A stretch of DNA of 64,000 nt from Octopus vulgaris (GCA_951406725.2 OX597828.1:70122001-70186000), one strand, 5' to 3'; positions 41,363 to 56,649 are shown, counted from the first letter of the stretch. The notes: generated by a model not told the origin, from the letters alone. Program-made: numbers and translations.

Positions 41363-41461
41363 CATGTGTGTGTGTGTGTGTTGAACGTGTGTGTATACTC
41401 ACATATAAATGTATATAAGTATTTGTCTATCTTCCTATCTCTATCTAATATATCAATCTAT

Positions 41462-41504
<43 letters not shown>

Positions 41505-41653
41505 GTATATATAAATTAATAGATAGATTAATTGATTGATGGATTGATTGATTGATTGGTAGATAGATAGAGAGATTAAGACAAATAGATAGAGACATGT
41601 CTTAATAGATAGATATGTATATATATATATATATGAGCAGTGTGTGTGTATAT

Positions 41654-41684
<31 letters not shown>

Positions 41685-41686
41685 CA

Positions 41687-41722
<36 letters not shown>

Positions 41723-42035
41723 TGTGCGTGTGTATATATATATATATATGAGCAGTGTATATACATACATACATACATAAATACATACATATGTATGTGT
41801 GTGTGTATATATATTATATATATATATATATATACACACACACATATCTACACACATTGTTTACTACTTCACTGGATCTGCTATATATTAGCCTTGTAGG
41901 ATTTAAAATTTTCATCTCATCATTAATTATGTTTAAAGTTGCCTGAAGGCATTCATTTGAATCGGCTTCAAACTCCACTTGCAAATCAAATCTAGGAACA
42001 TTTAAATTCACATTTAACACACACATACATTTATG

Positions 42036-42073
<38 letters not shown>

Positions 42074-42254
42074 GTTTAAAAATATAGCAAAATAAAACAA
42101 AATACGGAAACAGGTTAAAGAGTAACAAACAAGCAAGGTGTATTAATTCAACACTGAGGAAAAATAGGTGAGTGTATATATATATATATAAATATATACA
42201 CACACATATATACACATACATACATATATATATATATCATATATATACATATAT

Positions 42255-42285
<31 letters not shown>

Positions 42286-42441
42286 AACATACATATATAT
42301 ATAAATATGTATATATATATATCTTTATCTATCTACCTATATATATATATATGTATATACAAAGAGAGAGAGAGAGAGAGAGAGAGATGTATGTATGTAT
42401 CTGTCTATTTATATCTATCTATCCATCTATCTATCATCCCC

Positions 42442-42474
<33 letters not shown>

Positions 42475-43629
42475 CACACACATACAAATGTGTATACATG
42501 TATATATGTTTGTATGCACAAGCATACTTTTATATGTGTGTGTGTGCATGTATGTTATTCTACATAAAGAATATAATGAAATGATTTAGAGATTTAATAA
42601 TTATAATTATTTCAGTTCAATCAGAATTTAATAATAGTAATTATTCTTAACTAGAGTTTACATTAATTAATTATAATGAGATTAATGTAGCTTAAGTGTA
42701 AATGTAGTACAACGTACGGTATTGTACTGAGTAGATGTTGGATACACCTTGCCTGGCAGGGTAGTCACAAATGGAACGGTCAGTTTGCTCAAGGTGTGGT
42801 TGGAGGACATGCACACATGCATACATATATACATACATACATACATGACTGATACTCTGATACATACATATTTATCATCATCATCATCAATATCACATAT
42901 ATATGTATGCGTGTGTATAAGTTTCTTCTCTCTATCTATCTATCTATACACACACACACACAGACACACACACACACACACACACATACATTATGCCTCT
43001 CCCTACGTCTCTCTCTCTCTCTCTTTCTTTCTATCCCCGCTCTCTCTTCCTTTCAATCCATTTTCTCTTTCTGTATCCGTCTGTCTATTTATCAATATGT
43101 GTGTATGTGTAAGAACTCACCCATGCACATGCATACATATCATTGTACATTCCTGCATATTGGTATATGTAATTATCCGTGTATAAAAGTGTGTTTGTGC
43201 GTGTGTGTGTGTGTCTGTGTATAAGTATTTATATACTTCTATACAATTATATGTTTACACACATAAATAATTGAAGTGTTCCAATTACACTTGGCTGAGT
43301 AGAGGTGGGTTGGATAAGTTTGTAAAGTTAGGAGAGACCCTCTTGGCTGCAGTCCAAGATGATCAGCTACAATTTGGCAGGGGCAATATCTTGCACAAAG
43401 GCATCTTTCCCTCATATAGTCAGCATTTTATAGATGATGTAGTGATGATGGGGAAGGCCCTTCTCTTGGTGTTGCTGGCACTATTCTTTAATTTTCCTGC
43501 TGCAAGTAAATCACTTGGCACCTTTAAGGTTTGTATGTACTTTATTTGTATGAAAGAGCTTATTGGTCATATGTTTAGTTATCTCGGATGGATCAGGGGC
43601 TGGGGAGAGCAGATTTACTGCCAAAAGTG

Positions 43630-44450
43630 CAGAGGATTGGCACAAGCAGCAGAACATTGAGGAAAATGTAGTGCAGTGTTTATTCCCACATTTTACATTC
43701 TGAGTTCAAATCCCACCTGAGTCAGTTTTGCTCCTGATCTCTTCAAGGTCGATAAAGCAAAGCAATAGCCTAGTATTAGGATCGATTTAATCAACTGACC
43801 TCCCCCCACTCCCTCAATATTTCTGGTCTTGTATAATAAGGTGGCAAACTTATACAATCATTAGCACATCAGGTATATGCCTTGCATTATTTTGCCAATC
43901 TTAAGGCAGCGAGTTGGCAGAATCATTAGCATGCCGGGCAAAATCCTTAGTGGTATTTCATCTGTCTTTACATTCTGAGTTCAAATTCCACCAAGGTCGA
44001 CTTTGCCTTTCATCCTTTTGGAGTCAATAAATTAAGTACCAGTTATGCACTGGGGGTCAATGTAATCGATTTGTCCCCTCCCCAACAATTGCAGACCTTG
44101 TGTCTATAGTAGAAAAGATTTTTTTTGCCCATCTTTACATTCGGAGTTCAAATACTGCTAAGGTCAACTTTGCCTTTCATCCTTTCAGGGTCAATAAAAA
44201 AAAGTACCAGTTGAGTACTGGGGTCACTAAAATAAGTATCATGAGCTGGCAGAATTGTAAGCACACTGGGCGAAATGTTTAGGGGTATTTCGTTTGCCGT
44301 TAGGCTTTGAGTTCCAATTCTGCCAAGGTTGACTTTGCCTTTCATCCTTTCGGGGTCGATAAATTAAGTACCAGTTGCATACTGGGTTCAATCTAATTGA
44401 CTGGCCTCCTCCCCCAAATTTTCGGGCCTTGTGCCTAGAGTAGAAAAGAT
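43630..44450 (+). mobile_element. Tandem cluster of ~4 family B SINE copies/fragments
   Basis: GAGTTC(A/C)AAT..CTTTGCCTTTCATCC-like cores at about 43700, 43975, 44145 and 44310. Confidence 0.8.
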
Positions 44451-45729
44451 TATATTAAGCCTTGTATCTATAATAGAAAGGATAATCAACTTACCCCTTC
44501 TCCTACTTGCTGGCTTTGTGTTTTTATTAGAAATTATACTTATTGCCAAAAGCAATCAGCAAAGCAAGGGCAGGGCCCTTACTACCTAGCTGTGAAGGGC
44601 ATTGTTTGTTTGTTGTGTGGTAGAGAGATATTTGGTGGGTTTGGGGCTGATGGATGAATAAAATTGAAATAAGGTTTGTAATTAAGGGTGGTGTTGAGTG
44701 TGTTTTGAAAGCTGGAGTGTCAATCAGAAATAGGGGACAGTGGAGAGGGGAAAGGCATAGGCTTAAATATTAATTGGTGGACATAGTTGAGAAAATGAAA
44801 CAAATCTTTTTTTTGTTTTTGCTGGTGGTGTGTGTATGTGGGGGAGAAGTGTAAGGAAGGGTATGTGTGTGTTGAAGTGACTGAAGGTAATGACATGAGA
44901 GAGGGGGAGAGAGAAATATAGAAGGAAAGAAAGAGTGAGAGGTAAGTTCAAAGAGAGAGAAGGGAAGAGAGAAGAAGAGGAAGAGAGGGATTAAGTAAGA
45001 AAGATATTCTCAATGTAGGACAAGAAATAGTTGAACCTCTGATGGTGGCTGGGGAGGGGGAGTTTGGAGAGATTGAAAGAAGAGAGAAGAGAGAGAGAGA
45101 GAGAAAGCGACTCTGAATGAGAATAACTGTTAAGTCATTGAAGATAAAGAGATGAGACGATGATAACCCAACGCAAAGATCACCTTCCAGGGTAGAATTT
45201 TGACCCAGGGGGTAGCCTGGACATTGGAGTTTGAGACGAGAGATTTAGTGTCTTATCAGGTGGTAGTATTGGTCACTGTTGTTACTTGTGTTACCAATAG
45301 TGGTGGTGGTAGTAGTTGTATTGGTTGTGGTGGCACTGATGGTAGTGTTTGTGGTACTAATGGTAATTGTTAGTGGTTGTATTGGGGGTAGTACAAATGC
45401 TGGTGGTGGTGGTGGCAGTTGTTAGTATTGGTATCGATTGTAGTGGTGTTAGTGTTCATAGTATTGGTGGTAGTTGCTAGTGGTGGTGGTTGTAGTGATA
45501 GTGATGATAGTTGTGCTAGTAGTATTGTTGGTAGTTGTGGTTGTATTACTAGTAGTGGCAGTTTAGTCCAGGTGATAGCTGTGACAGTGGTAATAGTAGT
45601 AGTAGTAGTAGTAGTAGTAGATGTTGGTGTAGTGTTGGTGGTGGCAGTAGTGGTAGCAGGTGATGTACTTCAACGTAAGCTGTACGTAATGTTTTTCCGA
45701 TAAATATTAATAAATCTTTTATAGATATT

Positions 45730-45942
45730 AAAACCACCACCACCACCACCATCACCACCACTATCATCATCATCATCGTCGTCGTCGTCGTTGTCATCAT
45801 CATCATCATCACCACCACCATCATCGTAAACATCAAACCCTTTCATAATCATCATCATTGTCATCATAGTCATCATCACAATAATCATCCTTATCATAAT
45901 CATCATCATAATCATCATCGTCATCATCATCAACATCATCAT

Positions 45943-45973
<31 letters not shown>

Positions 45974-45980
45974 GTCGTCG

Positions 45981-46050
<70 letters not shown>

Positions 46051-46200
46051 ATTCATCATCTTTATCATCACCACCACCACCACCATCACTACCATCACAC
46101 CACCACCACCACCACCACCACCACCACCACCACCACCACCACCACCACCACCACCACCACCACCATCGCTGCCACCACCACCACCATCACCACCATCATT
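45730..46200. repeat. (CAT)n/(CAC)n microsatellite
   Basis: Direct reading. Confidence 0.95.
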
Positions 46201-46648
46201 ATTATTGTTTTAACCTGCCTGCTTCTACTTTTCCCTTTTCCCCCTTAATGCCTTGGATAACATCCTTGTTCTTCCATACATAACGTTACCACTTTGTCTC
46301 ATCCTGTGATCCACTCGTTCTGTGAGGCCACACCATCGTGAGTTCTAATCCCATCACTTCCCCTACAGCCCATGTCTTTCTCGGTCTTTCCCTGACATGG
46401 CCCCTTCAGCCTCCACTCTCTCTCCACACCATTTTTCCCACCATCATGCATTCTCCGTGCTGTAATTATCTTCTGCACTCATCATCATGTATGTTAATAT
46501 AACAACCTAATTAAAAAGAGAGAGAGAGAGAGCAGGGAAGGGAGCAAGGAAGAATGAGACAAATAGAGAGAGAAAGAGAGAGAGGGAGAACAGGAAAGGG
46601 AGCAAGGAAGTGTGAGACAAATAGAGAGACACATACACACACACACAC

Positions 46649-46696
<48 letters not shown>

Positions 46697-47466
46697 ATAC
46701 ACACACACATACACACACACACATATGCATACACACACACACACACACACACAGGGAGAAAATGAGAAAGAGAGAGGGACAGACAGACAGAAAGAAATGA
46801 AAATGGTTGTTGATGTTGTTCTGTCATCTCTGATTTGGCAGACTCACGGTTAAAGGCTTTCCAATTATGACCACCCCATCTTTTATTCAATCACAGATTG
46901 AATAAAATCATATCTCTTATGTAAATGTGTCCTCCCATATTTTTAAGCTGAATGTGATTTAAAGAATTTCTGGCTGCTATTTCCAGCAGATCACATATCA
47001 TCAGGAATCTGCTCCGTTTACTCTCTCTTTTCAAGGTTAATTAAATAAGCACCAATTAAATGCTGAGGGTTAATTATGCTATCTTAAATTGACATTCCTC
47101 TGAGTAAATTGATGGTATTGTAATCACAGAGGGAGGGACAATGCCCATAGCTGTTTTTAGATCCTCTGAACCTGGTGGATAGCACCGGTGACTGTCCTGC
47201 TGGTTGGAGGGCTTTGAGTTGTGTTTTAACTTTTATTTCTTTCAGTCATTGGACTATGGCCATGCTGGGGCACCACCCGAGGGGTTTAGTCAAACAAATT
47301 GACCTTAGTACTTACTTTTAGGGTCAAGAGCTGGTGTTTTATCATTCTCTTTTGGTGAACTGCTATCTTATGGGGATGTAAACAAACCATCAGCAGTTGT
47401 CAAGTAGTGATGAGGAACAAGCATAAAGACACAAAGACACATGCACCCCCCCACACACACACTTGC

Positions 47467-47520
<54 letters not shown>

Positions 47521-47521
<1 letters not shown>

Positions 47522-47683
47522 TGCAAGAGTGGCTGTGTGGTAAGAAGCTTGCTTCGCAACCATATTGGTTCTGGGTTCAGTCCCACTGCGTGACACCTTG
47601 GGCATGTGTCTTCTACTCTAGCCTCGGGCCAACCAAAACCTTGTGAATGTATTTGGTAGACGGAAACTGAAAGAAGCCCATTG

Positions 47684-47738
<55 letters not shown>

Positions 47739-47960
47739 TTGTATATATGTTTATGTGTCTGTGTTTATCCCCCCTACCATCACTTGACAACCGCTGTTGG
47801 TGTGTTTATGTCCCCGTAACTTAGCGGCTCAGTAAAAGGTACTGAAAAAATGAGTACTAGGCTTACAAAGAATAAGTCCTGGGGTCGATTTGTTTGACTA
47901 AAGGTGATGCTCCAGCATGGCCATAGTCAAAATGACTGAAACAAATAAAAGAATAAAAGA
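47521..47960 (+). mobile_element. tRNA-derived SINE, family A
   Basis: Matches 13695-14107. Confidence 0.88.
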
Positions 47961-48918
47961 AAAAAAGAACATAGTGACAGGCATGGCTGTGTGGTAAGGA
48001 GTTTGCTTCTCAAACACTTGGTTCCAGTTTCAGTCCCACTGCATGGTACCTGATACCTTGAACAAGTGCCTTCTTCCATTGGCCTTGAGCCAACCAAAGT
48101 CTTGTGAGTGGAACAGATAGACAGAAACTGAAAGAAGCTCAGTGTGTGTACCACATATATATGTGTGTGTGTGTGTGTGTATTTACATACACACATGTGT
48201 ACACATACACATAGATTGAGAGAGAGAGAGCAGGGAAGGGAGCAAGGAAGAGTGAGACAAATAGAGGGAGAAAGAGAGAGAGAACAGGAGAGGGAGCAAG
48301 AAAGAGTGAGACAAATAGAGAGACACATACACACGCACATACACATACACACACACACAGGGAGAAAATGAGAAAAGAGAGAGACAGACAGACAAACAGA
48401 AAGAAATTAAAATGGTTGTCGATGTTGTTCTGTCATCTCTGATTCGGCAGACTCATGGTTAAAGGCTTTCCAATTATGACCACCCCATATGTACATATGT
48501 ATGTATCTATATATATCATCATCATTTAACGTCCATCTTCCATGCATGCATGGGTAGGACATTTGACAGGAGCCAGCCAGGTAGAAGACTACCCCAGGCT
48601 ACTGTGTCTGTTTTGGCAGGGTTTTGCAGCTGGATTCCCTTCCTAACACCAACCATTCTGCAAAGTGGACTCAGTGCTTTTTACTTGACACTAGCAGAGG
48701 TGAGGTTAGGTTTGGCATGATTTTTACAACTGGATGCCCTTCCAAATGCCAACTATTTTACAGTGGCACCAGCACTGACAGGGTCACCAAGTAACTCACA
48801 AGACAGGGAATTTTGAGAGGGACAGGGGCATTTGTGGAGGGGAACTCATGTCAGAGGATGAAAGGTTAGAGGGTCACCAAGAGACAGAGAGGCAGAAACA
48901 GGTGTCTTGCTATATATA

Positions 48919-48961
<43 letters not shown>

Positions 48962-49563
48962 ACGTGTGTGTGTTTACATCCCTGTAACTTAGTGGTTTGG
49001 CAAAAGTGACTGATAAGTTACAGGCTTTTAAAAAGATATACACACACACATGATGGGCTTCCACATAGTTTCCATTTACAAAATCACTTGCAAAGCATTG
49101 GTTGGCCTGGGTGTATAGTTAAAAGCACAGCAAATAAAGCAGCAGAAATAAATGGCTGTGGTGGTTTCAGAACAGCTCCAGACTGACCAGACCTATGATC
49201 CAAGACATACCACCCATGACCATACTGTCTTTTTAGAATTATCTAGGATTAGACTGCTATTTCTCTCTCTCTCTCTATCTATCTCTCTTTCTCTCGCTCG
49301 CTCTCTCCTCTTTCTGCCATTTCCACTGTTACTATAATGACCTCTGTTCCTCGGAGTCGATCAGTCTTGTACCTTCTCTTCTCAGGTATCCCACAATCCA
49401 CTCATCTCTCCTTTTCTTATCTCCTTCATTGTATCCACCCCACTCCCTGCCAGGACCCGTATTAACTTTTATGCCAAGTCCTTTCCAACCAGGACATCAT
49501 CCCTCTGGAATTTCCTTCCTTCACATCACTTTCCTGCAAGAATTGACTTGTAACAGTTTCAGT

Positions 49564-49920
49564 CAGTGTTCTTTGACCATTTTTTAACCTAAAGATCCTT
49601 TTGATTTTTATTTTACTCTTGTGGCCCCCTCTTATAAGATATATGATAGAGAAACAATTCTTAACCCTTTCGTGACCAACCCAGCTGTAACCACTTGTGG
49701 CTCTATAGTTCAAATGTCTTGTTTCCATAAGTTCTGAATTAAAATCTTCCACCAAACCTTAGTCACAATTTATGTTCCTAACACTAGTTTAATGATAACG
49801 AAGTTATTTTACTAAATTCTTTGTTTATATTTAAAATTAATTGAAAGAAATACAGCATTTCAAAATAAATATGGTAATGAAAGGGTTAAGGGTCTTGTGC
49901 ACCTCAGTTGAGAACTATTG
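49564..49920. mobile_element. Old hAT(Charlie)-like MITE hosting a piggyBac MITE
   Basis: Ends CAGTGTTCTTTGAC / GTTGAGAACTATTG, with imperfect 8 bp flanks GTTTCAGT / GTTTAAAT. Confidence 0.45.
49665..49885. mobile_element. piggyBac-type MITE
   Basis: TTAA|CCCTTTCGTGACCA ... TGGTAATGAAAGGG|TTAA. Confidence 0.85.
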
Positions 49921-50299
49921 GTTTAAATGGAACATTAATGGTCTCAACTTCAGAGGCTTTGCAAATGCTATAGGCACTGCTCACTTCCTCTAAGGATCTC
50001 CCATGTTAAAAAAAAAGAAGAAAAAAACCCAAAATTTCAATGGCTGTGTGGTTAAGAAGTTTACTTTGCATTCATGTACTTTTGGGTTCAGTCCCACTGC
50101 ACGGCACCTTGGGCATATAAGGAAAAGATGGGATGATCACAGTCAGAATGTCTTTCATCATAGGCATGGTGGATCAAGGCTGTTCCCCCGCCCCAAAAGC
50201 TAAATGACAACAACAACAACCATAAGTGGTTAGGGATTGGTGAGGTGGAGGTGCATGTGCCGTAACAACAAGTTAAAGTGTTACATGTTTGAGATAGTT

Positions 50300-50615
50300 G
50301 GCTTGTTGGGTGGCTGGCTTACTGAGTAGCTAACTGAATAGTGAGCTGGGTGGCTGGGTGGCCAGCTGAGCAACTGGGTGGTGAGCTGGGTGGCTGGGTG
50401 ACCAGCTAAGTGACTGGATGGTTTGCTGGGGGTCTTGCTGACTAGCCAGGTGGCTAACCAGGTAGCTAGGTTGCTAGCTGAGTGGCTGGGTGGATTGCAG
50501 AGTTGCTGGGTGGCTAGCTGGGTGGCTCAGTGGTTAACCAGATGGCTGGGTAACTAGCTAGATTGCTGAGTGGCTGGTTGGCTGGTTGGCTTAGGGGCTA
50601 ACTGGGTGGCTGTGT
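50300..50615. repeat. Degenerate G-rich (GCTGGGTG)-type minisatellite
   Basis: CTGGGTGG / CTGAGTGG recur many times. Confidence 0.75.
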
Positions 50616-50779
50616 GGAATATGAATACCGCAGCCTCTTTATCTCATCAACCATCATTCAATTATCTTTTTCAATTAATTTTTGTTTGCTATCTTATTGA
50701 TTAATTTATTTATTTTTGTTGTTTTTTGTGGTAAGAGCTTTACTTTGCATTTTCGATTTTCCATATCGTTAATAAAGAT

Positions 50780-50832
<53 letters not shown>

Positions 50833-50847
50833 ATGCTGCTGCTGCTG

Positions 50848-50880
<33 letters not shown>

Positions 50881-53289
50881 ATAATAATAATAATAATAAT
50901 AATACTACGACGACGACCACCACCACAACCACTACCACTACTATATCACTATAGCCACAAGCAGACCACAAAAGCACCCCGCCCATCATATCAATTGTTA
51001 CCACTTCCTGCATCCCAGTACTTCTACCACTACCCTGACTACTTCACCCCTCACCATACTACTACATGCACTCTATCTTCACACCTCTACAATATATCCA
51101 ACTACACTGTCAAAGCCATAACCACATTACTATATCCATATCCACAACCACTCATAATTAATACACCACTATAACATCGAGCACTCTACTATGGTCACCA
51201 CCATATTACTATATGTACTACAACATTACTAAAGCCACTACGGCACTACTATAGCTGTTACCACCTTCACTACTGTACACTCAGCTACAGCAATATTTTA
51301 GCCACCGCTTCAGGCAGTGAACTGGCAGAATGGTCAGCACACCAGGTAAAGTGCTCTGTGGCACTTTATCCATCTTTATGTTCTGAGTTCAAATTCTGCC
51401 AAGGTCAACTTTACCTTTCATCTTTTCAGGGTCAATAAAGTAAGTACCAGTTGAGCACTGGGGTTGATCTAATTGACTGGCTTCCTCACATGAAATTGCT
51501 GGCCTTGTGCCAAAATTTGAAGCCAATATTTTAACCACCTCATGACTATACCGCTCACCATATTTCTATGGTTACTCCGAAGTCACATATCAAAGTAACT
51601 GTCTCATCCTTACCATCGTTATCTGCGATCAGAATTGGTTTTGTTATTGTTCAGGTGCTCAGGGTTCTGTTAGGGCCAGAGCTCCAGGTGGTTTGAGACT
51701 GGGACAAAGTGGTCAGTCTCAACCAGAAATGGTCTGAGTAGGAGTTACGAGTTATCCTTGAAAGGACTGAGATGTTGAGCACGTACATCACCCCCATTGC
51801 TCCCATCACCTATTACTCCCTGACCACTGTGCTTTTCCCTGGTTTTGATATGACCAGATTGTTGCAGCTGCACCTTTGCATTTTATGGAAGGGATGCAGA
51901 AGGTCCATTTACTGCAAACATTTTCTGTTAAGGAGATCTTGGTATGTTGTGGATGATGATGATGCAGAGACCTGCAGCATCTGCCAAGATTCCTGGATGC
52001 TGAGCTGGTGTGGATTCTCTTGATCAAGTATGTCTTCTTCTTCACTGCTCACATCTTTGACTGAGCTGCAATCATGGGTCAAATGAAAATGAAGATTGGG
52101 GATATGGAATCTGGAATGTCGTATGGTACTCATAATTTCTTATTCATTCAGACAAGTGGTCATCGATTGGTGCAGCAACCTTTACATAATGGAGCAGTGC
52201 TTCTCTGACATATTTAGCATCCAAGTATTGTTGACTTGTGGGCTTTTATTGAACAGCTGTTGTCATATCGGACAGATATGGTTTTTAGTTGAATCATCTT
52301 GAGAATTGCACTGCTGCCTTGCTTTGGAATGGCAAATAGTTTTTCTTTCTCTTGTGGTTGTAGCAAAAGATGTGGAAGGACATAACTGAAAGAACTGAGG
52401 TCATTCACTTTCGTCTCCTGCCTAGTTTTTACTATTTAAGTTATTTTTTCTTTTTCATGTGGTATCATTCCTTTTCCGTTTTCCTAAATAAAGAGAAACC
52501 ATTTTTTCCCCCAGTTCCATGCAGTGTATTTTCCTTCTGTTTCTTGATGGAATGTAGCAATAGCTGAGGAATGTCTACTAAGATCAAACCCAGTTTCCCC
52601 TCAATTGATGCTTCCACTGTTGCTGAATAGACAAGATCTTCCAGTCTGCCAATTATTCTGGTATTTTGTTTCTCTAAACAGAATTTCATGTAGGGCTACC
52701 CCACCCCTTACACTCATACTACATGTATTTATTCTTTCATGGAGCTACATGTTCATGTATAACTTGGTCAAGTATCACCATTGATCCATGTTCATTGATT
52801 GTTCTCTTCTTCTCATTTCTTCATTGATTCTACGAGGTCCTCCTCAATGTTGATTCGAGTTTATCTGTTTTTAATCCGTTTGTTGATCAGTGCATGTCGG
52901 GTGGGTGGATGGGTAGTGTGTACTTTTGCTGTTTGAGTATTTAGTCAAACGGGGATGGGGTGGAGGAGACTTGTATGGTCTTCATCTTCATCTTGGATTT
53001 TCTTTCTTATCTCCGCATCTGTTTTCAATTTGCAAGCAATATCTTGTGGTTCTCTCGTGTTGTGAGTTCTGCACTATGTTGACTATATTTCAAGACCCCT
53101 ATTCATTACTGTGTGGTTGTCATCCCTGTTGTGTTGCTTTCTTTCTTTTGTGAAGTCTTATGCTTTTTAGGTGTGGCAAGTCATGTTGTTATGCTTTCGT
53201 TGGTTTGTTGTACATCATCTGTTTTTATTTATTATGTATAGTCAGTTGTTTTGTTTTATTTTAGTGTATAATCATTGTATCATTTATCC

Positions 53290-53710
53290 TTCCATTGTTT
53301 CGGTCATTAGACTGTGGCCATGCTGGAGCACTGGCCTAAAGCATTTTGAGTTGAATGAACTGGCTCCAGTAGCTATTTTTTTAAAGCCTGGTACTTATTC
53401 TATCAGTTTCTTTTGCCAACCCACAAGGCTACGAGGATGTAAATACACCAACAATGGTTGTCAGGCAGTACTGGGGGACAAATACAGACACACACACATA
53501 CACAGAAACTTATATATGTATATATATATATTTATATATATATATATACAACGTGCTTCTTTCAGTTTCCGTCTACCAAATCCACTCACAGGGCTTTGGT
53601 CAGCCCAAGACTATAGTAGAAGACATTTGTTGCATGTGCCACACATTGGGACTGAACCTAGAACCATGTGATTGGGGATTAAAGCTCTTACCACACAACC
53701 ATGCCTATAC
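53290..53710 (-). mobile_element. tRNA-derived SINE, family A (degenerate)
   Basis: CATGCTGGAGCAC and CTTCTTTCAGTTTCCGTCTACCAAATCCACTCACA cores. Confidence 0.8.
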
Positions 53711-54039
53711 CTGTGAGTCATTTTATTTTGATTGAGGAGATTCTAGTTATTGTTTATTAGAAGACTCCTCTTTATATTCATAAGAGAAAGTATAGGGTTG
53801 TGAGATCCCTTTAGCTCTGTCCCACCAAAGATTATTCAGTCTCCCTAGTCTGGGTGCCACCAAATGCACCCAGTACATTGTTTAGAGTGGTTGGTGCTCA
53901 GAAAGGTATCCAGCCATAGAAACCAAGCCAAATGACTCGTATGTGTATCAGTCTCTGGAAGCAACAGCCTCCAATGAGAAATGGTTTCAACTGTGATGAC
54001 AACCTGTCCAACCCATGCTGACATGGAGTGCAAACATAA

Positions 54040-54585
54040 AATGATGGTGACGATGTTAAAGACGACAATGACAGTAGTGGTGGTGATGAGGATGATGATG
54101 ATGAAGGAGAAGACAACAACAACAATGAGGATGATGATGATGACAGTGATGATGAGGACAACAATGACAATGATGATGATGGTGATGATGATGATGACCA
54201 TGATGAAAATGATGATGATGATGAAGACAACAATGGTAATGATGATGATGATGACCATGATGAAAACGACGATAACAACGATGATGATGATGATGACAAA
54301 GACAATGATGAAGACAATGATGATGATAGTGACGATGATGACGATGGTGATGATGTTGATGATGACCATGATGAAAACGACAATAACAATGATGATGATG
54401 ATGATGATGACGATAATGGTGACGATGACAATGATGAAGAGAATGATGATGATGATGAAGGTGATGGTGATGATGATGGTGATGATGATGGTGACAATGG
54501 TGATGATGACCATGATGAAAACGAGTATAACAGCGATGATGATGATGATGATGACGATGATGACAATGATGATGATGATGATTGA
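54040..54585. repeat. Imperfect (GAT)n microsatellite
   Basis: Direct reading. Confidence 0.95.
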
Positions 54586-54741
54586 TATTTTAATATGCAT
54601 TGTATTTCAGAGAGCAAGAATACCAAACAAGGATCCGAGTAACTTGGTACACAATAAATATAAGAAGTAACATCACAACATCAGTTTTTTTTTTTTTTTC
54701 TCTCAGTTATCTCACCGATGTTTAAATCCTTCGCTAATGGT

Positions 54742-55133
54742 TATCGGAAATTTTGCCATAAACATTTTTGCCGCAGGAAAATTCACTGTGAGAAATTTTA
54801 CTGCAGGAAAGTTCGCCGTAAAAAAGAATAAATCTGCAGCAAAATGTGCATTATTTGTGCAGCATTGCTTGGAATTTTCATGTTTTGAATGACCTCATTA
54901 CATCTTTTTTTTATGTTTGACATTGAATAAAGACTTGACTATTTAATTCTTTTATAAAACTTTTTATCAGTTGCTTTTTATTTAAAAATTTTTCTGATAT
55001 GATACATTTTATTATTATCTCTACGATGAACTTGTCTTTCGGCGAATTTTCCTATAAGGTGAAATTTCTTTCAGTGAATTTTCCTGTGGCAAATTTTCTC
55101 ACTGCAAAAATGTTTCTCACAAATATTCCAGAC
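54742..55133. mobile_element. MITE with inverted arms made of ~15 bp subterminal repeats
   Basis: Left AAACATTTTTGC..AGGAAAATTCACTG..GTTCGCCG is mirrored by CGGCGAATTTTCCT..CAGTGAATTTTCCT..GCAAAAATGTTT. Confidence 0.7.
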
Positions 55134-56559
55134 ATGTTTGCTAATATACATCGGCAAAAGATAATCAATATTATGGGTTTCCACACAGTTTCCATCTAAG
55201 AAGTGCTGTTAACAAGGCATTGGTGAACTAGAGGTTATTATAAAAGAAACTCACCCAGGGTACTGCCCAATAAGATTGAACCCAGAACTGCTTGGTTGCA
55301 AAGCAAACTTCTCAACCACACGACCATACCTGTACCCATATTTAAGTTCCTTCATTTGAGTAAACTCCTCATCGACAAATTCGTTTCCTTGATCTGCCAA
55401 TATAATGTCCATGAAGACAGCAGATGGTAGCAATGGTAGAACATGAGGCTGCATATCTCGTAGTATCTTTTAATGTTCTGGGTTCAAATCCTTCTGTGGT
55501 TAGTTTTGCCTTTCATTTATCTGAAGATGGGGGTGGAGGCAGCCATGTAATGAATACCAGTCATGCACTGGGGGTCAATGAAATAAAAAAAAATCTCCGT
55601 CTTTCAAGATTAGTAGTGTTGTGCCAATATAGGGATTCATTATGGCACCTGTGTATCTCTGTGATGTAGAGTCATTCACATCATTGTTGTTGTTTAGCCC
55701 CAGGTCAGCTCCGATTGAGCAAGACTATGATCAAAGATGTTCCAACCATGCCTGCCCATCCTGGTTTGTTTTCTATATTTATTTTTTGTTTTGTTTCATC
55801 AGGCATCTTATACTCCCTTACATACTTACTTTTCTATCAGTTCCTTATTCCAGTCATTGGGCTATGGCCATGCAGGAGCACTGCCTTGTAGAGTTAGTAA
55901 AAAAAAAATCAATCCCAGTATTTAAGTTAGTGGTATCACGGTACAAGGTCTTCCATACAGTATCCCTAATGCTCCAATTTGCACCACCAAACCTAATTAC
56001 TGTAACTGTTAATTTAGTTAATGGTATGGAACTAACTCTCCCCACCCCCTACATTATCATCATTGTAGAAACCATTATTTGAGTCAGTTCTATGATACAA
56101 CGAGAGTTGGGTGGTGGTGTTCTGACACAATACCCTCAGCATGGTAACCATTGATTAAAAACTACAATATTGAACATGAAGATCGTGCATGCATTGAATA
56201 AGAATTTGGTGGAAGTTAGCATGATTCCTGCAACTGTTATCTCTTTGATTATGTGGTTCCTTTGAAGAAATTCCCTGATATATAATTCAAACAAAAAGCC
56301 ACAGTGGTGATAGGAAACAGATCCGCTTCCTTTGGATGCTCCGTTTGATCAGCTTAAACCAAACAGCTTAACCTGTCATTTTCTGAGGGTCATGGACACA
56401 TTTAGGACTGAGGGTCAGGCATAAGCTTAAAGCTAGGATTAAGGATATGCTTTGTGTTATTAAGGGTTAGGGATCATTATTATAGTTAGGGTTAGGAATT
56501 GAAATATGAGGCTTAGTTTGCAAAAATATTTGTAAGCCTATCTCTGTTGAAATTAATTC

Positions 56560-56649
<90 letters not shown>

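Noticed and set aside
43271-43660. 129 aa + strand ORF as exon 2 of the piccolo-like gene
   Set aside because: TTG start, no good acceptor or donor, no Zn-finger or other recognisable motif, and it runs into a SINE.
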